Shown in pieces: positions 35,082 to 47,900 of a DNA stretch of 64,000 bases. Made by a program: the position numbers and the translations under genes. This stretch comes from Octopus sinensis. Taxonomy: Eukaryota. The notes below the pieces were generated by a model. The model saw only the letters and a list, made by a program, of their open reading frames with translations, was not told the DNA's origin and did not search any database. The DNA is taken from contig NC_043000.1 in the NCBI RefSeq assembly GCF_006345805.1, positions 49,228,001-49,292,000 of the forward strand, in the 5' to 3' direction. Positions within the stretch are counted from its first letter, which is position 1; each line of letters starts with the position of its first letter.

Positions 35082-35315
35082 TGTCTATATGTGTGTCTGA
35101 GTGTCTGAATATATGTATATGTATGTATGTATATATATATATATATATATATACATACACGTATATATATATATGCGTATATGTATGCATATATGTATAA
35201 ATGTATATACGTACCCATATGCATGTATATGTATATATACATGTATATATATATGTATATGTCTCTATATGTATTATAGTATATGTACCTGACTATATAT
35301 ATATATATATGTATG

Positions 35316-35356
<41 letters not shown>

Positions 35357-35395
35357 AGGTTGTGTGTGTGTGTGCATACATATATATGCAATCCT
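35015..35395. repeat. (TA)n/(TG)n microsatellite cluster
   Basis: Direct inspection. Confidence 0.92.
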
Positions 35396-37911
35396 TTTGA
35401 TATACAAGTAGGAGCGAATGATTTGTGTAAGTTATAGTTTCAGTGAGATATAATCATTCGATATAATTCAGTAAAATTGAAATGAAGTATCCTTAATTAT
35501 TCAACTCACTAGATTTAACTAGTGAAGGCGAACAAGAGAAATATCATTCTTAATACGACAATGAATCAAATGGACAACAAGGAAAGACAATGAGAATTGA
35601 TTTTAAAATCCTATTCAACTGAAATAAATGCATTCATTTTTATAAAATTATGTGGTTACACTGCAATTATTGTAATTTAGTTTTCTTAAAACCTACTTGC
35701 CCTTGTAAGATTCTAGTATCGTTGAAACAAAGCTAAAATAGAATTATGTAAAGCGATATGCGATATAAGCATCAATTTGTGTCAAAAGAATTATCCTTTG
35801 TCTTAAATTCATGCTTATAAGGTCTAAGAGTAATTTTAGTTCAAAATGTTAGCAGTTAAGTTCATTCAGAATTTTATATACCATTACAAAATTTAGTCCT
35901 TTATATAATATTTCTGACAAATATTTATCTCGTCGAGGCACATCCAAAACATTTTAGCCGAGTTTAATTTTCATAAGAAGATATAATCAATTAAATCGAT
36001 TTTTATAAAGATCTGACACTTACATTTATAGTTTCTTACTGCTTTGATTGCTCAGACATTCAAGTCACTCCTGTAGAAATATCAGCTGATAGACACGCTT
36101 TACGATTCCAGAACTCTTTCGCTCATTTTTTAAAATCATGCACGGAAGGATATGTGTAAATTCAGTGATCCTTTCCTGAGATATTTGGTGTATCACACGT
36201 TTGACTATCTGGATGTAGCTACGGAATGGACCACCAACTTTACACATATTAATAAACAAAATCTACATAAAATATTGAATTTAAGTTTTCTCTTTTGCTT
36301 TTCTAAACATAATGATATACAGTTTATCCCGACAAGCATGACTTGGGACATTTTTCTCTGCGATTTTAGATATTATAAAGCAGTCATATAGCATCCATTT
36401 GAACTCAGAAGATAGCAATTCGTGTACGGTCGGATCAGATTTACAAAAATTTCTAGGGGAGAACAGAAACTGAGTTCGCTGTTAGCCGATCTCTAAAATG
36501 ACTGTAAGAAGTGAAAGATAAATGGAGCCGTTCAATATGCTGCATACAATACTCCACCGTTGATCCGTGTTTCCCTTTATAAGAATAAAAGACATTAAAA
36601 TACATTAGTAATAGAAGAAAAGTATGAATAATCTTTCACACTTAATACAGTGGAAATTAGTAGAAATTTGCAAAATTTTTGTTTTCTTGTTATTTTCGTA
36701 AGAAAGAAAGTTTGTTGTTTTGTTGTTTGCCTCTTTTTTTGTGATATGGATTTAAAGACTTTAGTCTAAGCTCAACAGGAAAACGTGAAAAGTATCGGCT
36801 CATTTCATTTCTCTCTATTGTAATGCTCAGTAAATTTAGAAAGTAAAAATTGTTATTGTTTCTTGAGAGAAGGATACACTTCCTATTATTCAACAGAAGT
36901 AGATTTCTCTACATTGGCTTAAGAATGTTTTATGTTTTGTTACGTGTGACATATCTCCATAACTACTTCTAAAGAAGTTTCGGCTACCCTTGCATCATAA
37001 ATTAGCTCTATTTATTCTAATGGACATACATCAAGGGCATTGGTATTGAGAAAATCGGAAAGAATGCATTGGCTGAAGCAGAAAATCACCGTCCTCTTTG
37101 GAAATGCCACTTAATGCATGCTTGAGCAAGATATTCAAAAGCAAGAATATTGACTTGCTATTTTCTTGGTAACAAAGTATGTTCATGACGAAATGCAATC
37201 TAAGAAAGAACTGGACATTAACTTCTTATATCCCTTCTTTCAAAGAAACTAACTCTATTAACATGCTTTCATTCTGTATTCAATGTGAGAAATGTTTCAC
37301 CATACAGTTTGTATTTATCTATGATGTGTAGATGTGTGAGTTCATGCGTGCATGCATGTATGTATAGATATGTGAGTGTGTGGTCTTGAATGAATGAATA
37401 TTTTTATCTTAAAAGTATGGAAAAAAAACTCTAGTATTGTGGCTTGTGAATTTGAAGTACAATAAAACCAAGGTAGCATACAAAACACTTAATATTTAAG
37501 GCAGCCTCTTAATGTCTTTTAAATAAGATTAATCTTCCGTAACAAGAATGAAGCGAAAATAGTATTCGATTGCCGTTGTCAATTATTCATCATGAGATTC
37601 AAGATATTAAAAGAACTTAGGAGAAAGCCGATAATGATGGATAGGATACATAGGGAAAAACCTAAATGATTACAGATTTAGCCAAACGCATTACTTTCTT
37701 TCAATTGGCATTGCAAAATAAATCTGAACTCCGTACTGTTCTCTCAATTCAGTTAGTCTCTATACAAATGATGCAAGGTTTACCTCGTTTCCGTTTTCGT
37801 CTTATTCTCCATTTTATTCCTCGATAATTTTCAATAAAACTCAATATGTATAAAAGAGTACTTATAAGTATGATTTATTTTGACCTTTTTGTCCGCGTAT
37901 TATTAACATAT

Positions 37912-38130
37912 AGGCAGTGAGCTGGTAGAATCGCTAGCACACCGGGTGAAATGCTTAGCGGCATTTTGTTTATCGCTACGTTCTGAGTTCAAATTCCTCC
38001 GAAGTAGACTTTGCCTTTCATCCTTTCGGGGTCGATTAAATAAGTACCAGTTACGCACTGGGGTCAATGTAATCGACTTAACCCCTTCCCCCAAATTTGA
38101 ATCCTTGTACTTCCACTAGAAATAATTATT
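37912..38130 (+). mobile_element. SINE family B, near full length
   Basis: aggcagtgagctggtagaatcgctagc...gagttcaaattcc...gtaatcgacttaacccc...agaaataattatt. Confidence 0.87.
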
Positions 38131-38391
38131 CTTATTATTAGCATATTTGTCGGGCCAGTAGACTGGAGATATAAGAGCTAACAAAATATATTCCAAGTTC
38201 AAATCTTGTCGAAGTTAACTGTGCCTTTCAGTCAAGTAGCATCGATAAAATAAGTATCGGTAAAGAAGCGGCGGGTTCATTTAGTCAGCTCTTTCCATAT
38301 TTCCTAAATGTTTTGTTTTGTCACGATTTAGCATGACACACAATCATTGTAATAAGAAGCATTACATGATGTGGAGTGATTCTCGGACATT

Positions 38392-38591
38392 TTTTTTACT
38401 TGCTTTAGTCATTTGACTGCCGCCATGCTGGAGCACCGCCTTTAGTCGATCAAATTGACCCCATGACTTATTCTTTGAAAGCCTGGTACTTATTCTATCG
38501 GTTTCTTTTGCCGAACCGCTAAGTGACGGGGACATAAGCACACCAGCATCGGTTGTCATGCGATGTTCGGGGGACAAACACAGACGCACAA

Positions 38592-38650
<59 letters not shown>

Positions 38651-38816
38651 CATATATACGACGGGTTTCTTTCAGTTTCCGTCTACCAAATCCACTCACA
38701 AGGCTTTGGTCGGCCCGAGGTTATAATAGAAGACACTTGCCCAAGGTGCCATGCAGTGGGACTGAACCCGGAACCATGTGGTTGGTAAGCAAGCTACTTA
38801 CCACACAACCACTCCA
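38392..38816 (-). mobile_element. SINE family A, near full length
   Basis: Collinear with the 21502 and 43565 copies, with central (CA)(TA)n. Confidence 0.92.
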
Positions 38817-39769
38817 GACTGAAGACCTGGTCTGTCTGAATCCTTGAAATGGAGTGAAATCTACTAAAAAGCATCAAATGACTTGTGAGTTGTGTTAAAC
38901 AGGGGGAAATTATTAAGTCTACCATCCATTTCTATGTCCATCATTTGATATTCTATAGTTATGATCAAATTAATTCAATACATGGACTCCACAGTTTATA
39001 TAAAAGTGATTATCATTTTTATAAAACGATGTAGCAGTATTTAAAACTCGCTACAAACTAGTAATATATTTGAATCAGTTTATCAGTTACGCATTTACCA
39101 GTCTTAGTTATACTAAATATCACTTACTTTCTCATCCTATCTTCCTAAAACACCAGTAACAGCATCATTATCATCTCTTTCTCTTCGTCATCATCACCAT
39201 CATCAAGATCAAAGTTATTTTCATGCATATTTTAATATTAAGAACATCATTGCTATCATCTCCTCATCATCACCTTCAATGTCATCATCGTTTTCGTCAT
39301 CCTCATTATAGTCAGTATCATCATAATCCTCATCAATTTGTAACCACATCTGTTTTCTCATGATACAATTTAAACATAGTCTCCTAGATATTTTCTAATT
39401 ATCTCTCAGCAGGATCATTTTAACGCTGTAGTATTATATGTTTATAGGTTGTTTTTTTCCCCACTCTTTAAACAACCATTACGATATTGAAAGAACAACA
39501 CATTGCTCTGCTCCTATCTGTACAAATATATATGGGTTTTTTATTTTATTTTTTTTTTTTTGTTTTTCTCTTTGATTTCGTTTTTGTTGTTCCTGGGCAA
39601 AATCTTCTGAATTTCATGAACGTTGATATTAATCAACCTTTCAACTGGCAGTCGAAGCACTACATTTATCTATTTAAGACAAAATTTTCAATCTCAAGCC
39701 CATCTCTGTTGCCTAGGATATACTCTATTTTTCCAACTTCTTGTGAAAGGGATTTTTAGGCATAGAAGC

Positions 39770-40130
39770 AACCACTTTACCAACTATTCAGTTCTCCAAA
39801 CAAAACTCTTACTGTCTCTGAGTCTTCTGTATTTCTCTCAGTTTATCTCCTGTTTCTATACTGTTGTCTAAATGTATGCAACCACAAGTATTTATTGATT
39901 TATCTGTTATTTCATATCAAGGACGTCTACTTCATTTCACTTTTCACTGACGCTATCATCATCGGAAAACCCAATGTACACCGCACCTCTTGGCATTCGC
40001 AATTCGCTCAAGCCTACGCCACTAACCTCCTCACCAATCTGTGATCTTTGCTGACACAGTAACTCTTCAAATACTCCTCATTTCCTTTTCACCTCCTAAA
40101 TCATCCTTCGCTCAGCTAATTTTCTCCGTC
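39770..40130 (+). pseudogene. Possible highly decayed LINE AP-endonuclease remnant
   Basis: YSVLQTKL resembles the (I)QETKL motif, and AIIIGKPNVHRTSWHS resembles I..GDFNAH..W. The catalytic residues are degenerate and there are many indels. Confidence 0.35.
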
Positions 40131-40392
40131 ATCGGAAATGAACGAACCATTGCATAATCAAGTCATTACGCCTCATACCTTCTTTCTGCTCAACATCTAA
40201 CCTCTGAATCATTTGATTCTTCAATTCGATTAATTTGTAAAAACTCAGACACCTATATCCTTTGACAGTAAATGTACCCCATTTCCGAGCCATCTGCGAC
40301 ATTTAAGGGAATGACCGAGAGGTCATTCTGAGATATGTCCCTCTATATACCTCACAGAACCAAAACCTACAGCCTCAGATATGAAGTACGGC

Positions 40393-40577
40393 TTTGTGTT
40401 AACTTGCGATCAGCTCTGATCAAAAGCGTTCCAAATATGAGCAAGCAGGTTTTCAAATGTATGTCGGACTGCATTAACTAATATATCTTTTTATTTATTC
40501 AAGATAAGATTTGAGAGAGGGATGGCAGCTATTTCCAGCTAGTAGAATAGCTATGTAGAGGTTTCCTTGTTGGCTCA
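40393..40577 (+). mobile_element. Short interspersed repeat family E, decayed
   Basis: cagctctgatcaaaagcgttcc...gatttgagagagg...gctatttccagc...tagaggtttccttgttggctc. Confidence 0.5.
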
Positions 40578-41634
40578 TCAATAAGCATTCTTTACAGATC
40601 CACACACAAAGAATCCTACCTAGAGCACCTACTATAGCTACCGGCGAGTGTTTGAAGTACAATCACAATGCCTACAGTGTAGCCAATAGAAAAACAAAGA
40701 ATATCTTCAAGTATTTGAACTGCCTGCAAGCTTCTTTTGTTTCCCAGCGTGCAGCGAGTTATTTTCGTAAGGATCGCTTCTCCTTAAACAAGGCAGCCTT
40801 GTAAGTAGCATTCGTGCGTATAACGCTACATTACAAACTTTCAACTTGATACTGTGCTACTAAAATATACGTCTTCTACTCTATTTGTTGAAGCATATTA
40901 TACTTAGTGACAAAGTTCAAAAATTTCCAAACACTTATCTAAAAGGAACCCTACAGGTCACTCGACCTTCTTAACATAGCAGCGAAGGCTCCCTTGAGTG
41001 ATAATTTTCTGGGATTTTGGACGATTCACATTTCACCGAGTTCAAACACAACCACACACACACAAAAAAAAAGAGCTGAGCAAAATCAAAATCAAGGCAA
41101 CCCACAGCCACAACATAGTCCCAAAAGTATCCTACTAATCAACAGCCCTTCAATACTATTGTTAGTAATCTTTTTAATTGGGATCATATTTGCTATCGGA
41201 ATTTAACGACAAAGGAACATTAAGTATGATTAACAGCAGCAGTAGTTTTTCAAATCATTGGAACTCTTCTTGCGCTCTCTTTAACCTAACCTTTTAGTCC
41301 TAACGTTTTCATATTTCAATGTATACCGTATGGTATTGTGAATAATACTGATATCATTCGTTGTTTAATGGCGGTGATTACTCCCAAAACAAACACGATC
41401 GCGCATATCTGCTTCTAAAGACAATTCAAATATGACAATCTAGTTTTTATATGATTTTCCAAACATATTTTATCGAGAACTACTGCTACTCATGTCTCTT
41501 TTGCTTGATAAGAATGTAAGTCTATGTGGTTTACGAATTATTTCGCTAACATTTCAAGCAGGTGTAGTGAACACGAAAACGCTCCGACTTTGTCTCCATC
41601 TTCTTCTTTGGCTTATGAATGCATTAGTTATACG

Positions 41635-42200
41635 ATTTGAAAGGAGGAGGAGGAGGAGGAGGAGGAGGAGGAGGAGGAGGAGGTGGTGCTGGTGCTGGTG
41701 GTGGTGGTTGTGGTGGTGGTGGTGTGGTGGTGGTGGTGTGGTGGTGGTGGTGAAGAAGGGATGGTAGAGAAAGAGAAGTTGGTGGAGGAAGAAGAGGAAG
41801 CGTTGGTGGAGGAGGGGAGGGAGAAGAAGAGGAGGTGGGAGAGGGGGAGGAGGTGGGAGGATGAAGAAGAGGAGGAGGTGGTGGAGGAGGAGGGAGAAGA
41901 AGAGGAGGTGGGAGAGGGGGAGGAGGTGGGAGGATGAAGAAGAGGAGGAGGTAGTGGAGATAGTGGAGGAGAAGGAGGAGGAGGAGGAGGAGGAGGTGGT
42001 GGAGAAAGAGGAGGGGAGGTGGTGATTGTAGTAGTAGCAGTAGTAGTAGTTACAGTACTAGCAGTAGTGAAAACACCAGCAACAGCAGCAGCAGCAGCAG
42101 AAGCAGCAGCGACGTCATAAGTAGTAGTATCTAACGCAGCTTCCATTTCTGCTTCTGCAAGTGTGAGATAAAAATAATAACAATAATAATAATAATAATA
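41635..42200. repeat. Purine-rich (GGA)/(GGT)/(GCA)/(AAT) low-complexity tract with an internal ~73-bp duplication
   Basis: The unit ggagaagaagaggaggtgggagagggggaggaggtgggaggatgaagaagagg is repeated near 41820 and 41893. Confidence 0.88.
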
Positions 42201-42497
42201 ATGACATCTACACAAAGAAAGAGAAAGAAAAAGCCAAATTTCCCATGAACCAACGTTGTTATTTTTCGATTTTTCGAGGTGCTGACATCAATATATTTAT
42301 TTTTATTGTCCACAGAATCATGGCTGAAAAGCCACGACAGGAAGCTGCATAGTTGCTATAGTAACTTTATTAATACTGAGCAGATGTTCTGTTAGATAAT
42401 TCGAAGTCCAATACCACTGATAATTCTGTTGATAATAAAACGTCTATGTTTATTACTAGTAGATTCGTCATAAATACTAGATAAGGTAACCGACTCC

Positions 42498-42540
<43 letters not shown>

Positions 42541-42699
42541 TGTTGGCCTGTTCAACGTAGTTCGTATGTAGAAACATATAAGATAAAAACTTTATACGTA
42601 AAAAGTCTTCAGGAGATGTAAATGTATCTTGAGCAACTTGAAAACACGTTCTGAGTGAGAGGAGTATGATCACTATCGTGTTGCCGTTGTGATCACCAT

Positions 42700-43200
42700 C
42701 ACTGACAACATCATCCCCCATCATCTTCTTCACCGTCATTGCCATTATCATCATCATCATCATCGATACGATAAGAAACAACAGCAAACAGCTGCGTTGT
42801 CGCCGTCATGATCATGATCATCATTATCATCATTATCATCATTATCATCATCATCATTATCATCGTCGTCATCATTATCATCATCGTCATCATCATCATC
42901 ATTATCATGATCATCATGATCATGATCATCATCATCATCATCAGTATTACTGCTGATGTCATTACGTGATCTCTATCGCTACCACTGTAGATATCATCAT
43001 AATCATCCTCTTCGTCATTGTTATCGCTCTAATGTTCTTCGACATCGTTATTCGCGTCGTCGCTGTCATCGTCGTCGTCGTTGTCATTCTCATCGTCATC
43101 ATCATTATCATTATGATAAACATCATCATTGTTATTATTGATGTTGTTGGCATCGTCGTTCCCTTCATCGACATCATCAACAACATTTATTCATCCTCCC
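42700..43200. repeat. Degenerate (CAT)/(CGT) trinucleotide tract
   Basis: Direct inspection. Confidence 0.9.
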
Positions 43201-43564
43201 TTATCAAATGTAAAGCATATTTGTTATTTTTTCGTCCCAGAAATCTTATGGAAATTACGCCATTAGTTTCACTGCATATTAGAGTCAGGCCAACCTGTTC
43301 AAGTTTCTATGATATGGGATGGGCAGTCTGTTGCTCATGAATTGGAGTTCCTCTTCTCTACAAGGCTTATTTAATCCAACGGAAAGCTAAATGCTAAAAT
43401 AACGTTGTTTCAGATGGTGCTATGGAGTTGTTGGAATGGTACTGGATTGCCCTTAGTGCTCAGATCATGATTAAATTTGTTAAAATTTACCCTACCAGAG
43501 TAGGTTAGGATGTTGAACACTGAGGAACGCTAATAAGTCCTGCTTGATCGAAAATATATTTAGT

Positions 43565-43754
43565 TTGGCGCAGGAGTGGCTGTGTGGTAAGTAGCTTGCT
43601 TACCAACCATATGGTTCCGGGTTCAGTCCCACTGCGTGGCACCTTGGGCAAGTGTTTTCTGCTATAGCTTCGGGCCGACCAAAGCCTTGTGAGTGGATTT
43701 GGTAGACGGAAACTGAAAGAAGCCCGTCGTATATATGTATATGTATATATATAC

Positions 43755-43842
<88 letters not shown>

Positions 43843-44089
43843 GTATGTGTGTGTATATGTTTGTGTGTCTGTGTATCCCCCAACATCGCCTGACAACCGA
43901 TGCTGGTGTGCTTATGTCCCCGTCACTTAGCGGTTCGGCAAAAGAGACCGATAGAATAATTACTAGGCTTACAAAGAATAAGTCCTGGGGTCGATTTGTT
44001 CGACTAAAGGCGGTGCTCCAGCACGGCCGCAGTCAAATGACTGACACAAATAAAAGAGTAAAAGAGTAAAGAGTAAAGAGTTATTCAAT
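43565..44089 (+). mobile_element. SINE family A, full length, 15-bp TSD
   Basis: Head tggcgcaggagtggctgtgtggtaagtagc, central (TA)n and (AAAGAGT)n tail. TSD gaaaatatatttagt at 43550-43564 and 44090-44104. Confidence 0.94.
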
Positions 44090-44117
44090 GAAAATATATT
44101 TAGTGATTCAATGAAGC

Positions 44118-44287
44118 GGAACTCCAGCTGTTAGGAACATCAGCCAAATCTCCTTCAAAGTACACTCAACAGTCTTAAGAACACGAGAACGTAACCCAAG
44201 ACATACAAAGATTAATGAAAAGTCACGCATTGATGTTTTCATAATGGGTAGGCTTAATCAATACTGACCTGAGGCTAAATAACAACC
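44118..44287 (-). mobile_element. Short interspersed repeat family E, decayed
   Basis: Reverse complement: gttgttatttagcctcaggtcagtattgattaagcctacc...ctttgaaggagatttggctgatgttcctaacagc. Confidence 0.5.
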
Positions 44288-44610
44288 TAACACTATTATC
44301 AACAGTTTCTGTATTGTATGTAAGCGTTTCCACCGTTCACAGATTTTCAGATACACGTGTTATGGAGTAATTCATATAGAGACGTTATATTAGAACTTGT
44401 GTTTTCTGTTTCGTTTAGGATTTAGAACTCATATAAAGTATTCTTATTTTGCATTTCGTAGTTGATCATTTTTCCTTCATTTTTATTTAAAGAGCAAATT
44501 TCGAATTTTCCATTTGTACAATTGTCTAGATTTTTCGCTACATGGAACATTTCTAAGAAATGACTGTCTGATTTATTGTTTATGTACTCTAACCCGATTT
44601 ATTAATTTTT

Positions 44611-44994
44611 GAGGAGGCGCAATGGCCCAGTGGTTAGGGCAGCGGACTCGCGGTCGTAGGATCGCGGTTTCGATTCCCAGACCGGGCGTTGTGAGTGTTT
44701 ATTGAGCGAAAACACCTAAAGCTCCACGAGGCTCCGGCAGGGATGGTGGTGATCCCTGCTGTAATCTTTCACCACAAATTTCTCTCACTCTTACTTCCTG
44801 TTTCTGTTGTACCTGTATTTCAAAGGGCCGGCCTTGTCACTCTCTGTGTCACGCTGAATATCCGCGAGAACTACGTTAAGGGTACACGTGTCTGTGGAGT
44901 GCTCAGCCACTTACACGTTAATTTCAAGAGCAGGCTCTTCCGTTGATCGGATCAACCGGAACCCTCATCGTCGTAACCGACGGAGTGCTTCTTC
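44611..44994 (+). mobile_element. SINE family D (tail X), young copy with 11-bp TSD
   Basis: Nearly identical to 29748-30132. TSD tattaattttt at 44600-44610 and 44995-45005. Confidence 0.93.
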
Positions 44995-47900
44995 TATTAA
45001 TTTTTATCCCATTTGGTCGATATAATTCTCTTTGCAATATGAGTATGTAATACAGTAAATGAGATTTTTTGTTATACAATTCATATTTGAATTAACTTTC
45101 ATTTCCTTCCTATTCTTGACCTTTTAGTTATTCCCTGTTCATTTCTTTCACTCTTCCTACAACTAATGTCTCCATAATTTGGTACTTAAATTATTTCTTC
45201 TTTTAATCTCGATTTTGCCTTTGTTAAAAGTCCTTTATTGTTTCGTGGCTGTTTTTACGACTTACAATTTGTGAATCAAATTATTTTTATGAGATTTGAT
45301 GATTAGTGTAGAATTGGAAAATATCGTTTAGTTAAGCAAATGTTATGGCCCACGAAGATTATTGGTTGTTAATACAAACAGAATAGACATATTTGTGTTT
45401 GGTCTTCGCTCTTGTTATGAGGGTTTCTCTGTAGGGCAGAGCGAAGGATCTATTTTGTCTTGGTTATGGCATGTTTTACTAATGCTTTTGGATACGTTTT
45501 ATTTGAGCGAATATATATAATTCTATCAATCATTTCTCTTGTCTGTATCCGTAATTATTGAACATATACTCCTTACTCCTGGTCACATTGTATGAGATGT
45601 TTCTTCTAATGTGAAATGTGTGACAAGACCTAAAATTTAAATATTGGTATGTGTCTGTCACCTCAGTAGACATTGATTGTAACCATATTATTGTGTGTAT
45701 ATGTATGTATCTGTACATGTGTGTGTTCATGTATATATATATAGAAAGAGAGAGACAGACAGACAGACAGACAGATAGATCCCAGTATTGTTTTAAGCAT
45801 GGTACTTAGTTTTAAATATTCATTTTACCGAACTGCTAAGTTATGGGGTTTTAAAGGGACCTACACCGGTTATGAAGTGAGATTGAACCGGAAACCATGG
45901 GAATGTGAAGTGAATTTCATAATCACTAATGCGATGATCGTCTAGTTTAGACACGTTTGTTCTTTTCTCCATCTTTTCTCTTCTTTTCTATACTTTTATG
46001 TAGAAAAGCATACGCCAGAAACGTAAAATACTTTTCTTTCTATTTTTCAGGAGCGTAAATCTAATAAACTCTGTTTGTTTTATTCTCTCATGTTTGTGCT
46101 TTTTATTTTATCACCACATATATATATACATGTGGGTATGTATGTGTATGTGTATGAGTGTGTCTGTGTATCTGTGTGTCTGTCTGTCTGTGTCTGTTTG
46201 TAAGTGTGAATATGCGTGTGTGACATACGCCAGCATGGCCACGGACTACTACCAGAAACTAGTAAAATGATATCGATTTATATAAAGAAAGGAAATCGAA
46301 ATTAATTACAACTTTGTTTTCTTCTCAATTGTTAGTAGATATGTCATCAATTATAACAATTATATAGTTGTCAATTTAACTGCACAAAACATATCAGGTT
46401 TTTACGAGTATGTCACGTTTACATTGACGAAAATAATTAACTTCCCTTTAGATATATATCTAAAACAACATAAATATATTCAGCATGTTATTGCATTTCA
46501 TAAATAAATTTGCTTATTCAAAAACATTAATATGAGTGGCTGAAACTTTAGCTGGTTTGGGTAAAGGAAACATATCAAATAAATCTGTCAATATTTTAAA
46601 TGTAGAGCAGAGTATAAAAGCTGAGTTTATAAGTATTAAAAGAACAGTTAATAAAGTTAAATTGGCAGTGGTATAAAACGTATTTAGTTATATTTATTAA
46701 ATGACAGCTGAATTGTTCTTGCTTAACATCAATTTCAGCTGATGTATTTGGCGACTTCTCGGTGAGACCCATATTTCTAAAATTTAATTTTCAACAAAAT
46801 GAAAAAGAAACATAGAGTTGAGATTTGGTATATTTTAAATTAATTGTGTTTTGTATGAAAGCATTAAATATATTTATGAAATGAATTCGAAGAAATGGAA
46901 TGAAGAAAATAACAAAAATAACTGGAATATTATTTTAACTCATAAAATAACAAAGAAATGTCTGTATTCACAATTATAATTTGGTTTTATAAAAAGAAAA
47001 GTAACATACCATGTTTAATGAATAGCTAGGTAGAGAGAATATCAATTCTACATTTTAAATGTATATTAAAATATTTCATGTAAAAGACAAATTTTAAAAG
47101 ACTTCTTATATGGCGGAATAACTTATCAAATCAGACATTCAGCATTTTCTGGCACTCCTGCTAAGATGAATTTTGTAACTCACCAGTTGCTGATTACAGT
47201 ACAGTGATAATTTTAATAGTTGGTGCATCAAATAATGTCACAAATACACGTTTATACGTATGCTTTCTATTCATTAAAATGTAGTAAAACAAATATGCAT
47301 AATGGTGTAATTTTCAATTTCATTTTGAATAACGAATATTGAAGACTACTTCATATTGTGTTGTGTATAGTTTTATACTTTTGTCTTTTATTTCAAAATA
47401 GCTCTGTGTGTGTGTGGAGGGGTGGGTGTATGTGTTCTTTATTCCAAATGAAAACGAGAATTACGCTATTTTGCATATACTTGTTTTGCTTTCAATGCGT
47501 GTACATTTTAATGAATTGAAATCTAGTATAAAAGTGTATTTGTGACATCTTTTTTACATATCAAGTGTAATCAGCAGTTAGTTAGTTGCAAAATCAATAG
47601 AGGTGTATGTTGTGGTGTTGACTCAATAACATACACATCTATCTTGCTCTGATCTTCATTAGACTACCAATTTTAGTTACAATTTTATTTTCTAGAAAGA
47701 GAATTCGAAATTGTTTCAGAATCTTAACTACCATGAATCTTGTGAATAATACTGAACCATGTTTTACACATTTAAATAAAATACATGTCAGTTGTAAGAA
47801 TATCTTTTGTTGGTTGTGAGATTTCAAACTGATGCTCCGTTCCTCGTGTATTTTTTCTATATATCTGTGTTCTTCCTTTTTAATAAATAAGTTTATTTTT

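Noticed and set aside
41628-43340. Poly-Pro/Ser/Glu/Met/Ile ORFs
   Set aside because: They are translations of trinucleotide microsatellites, with no splice or homology evidence.
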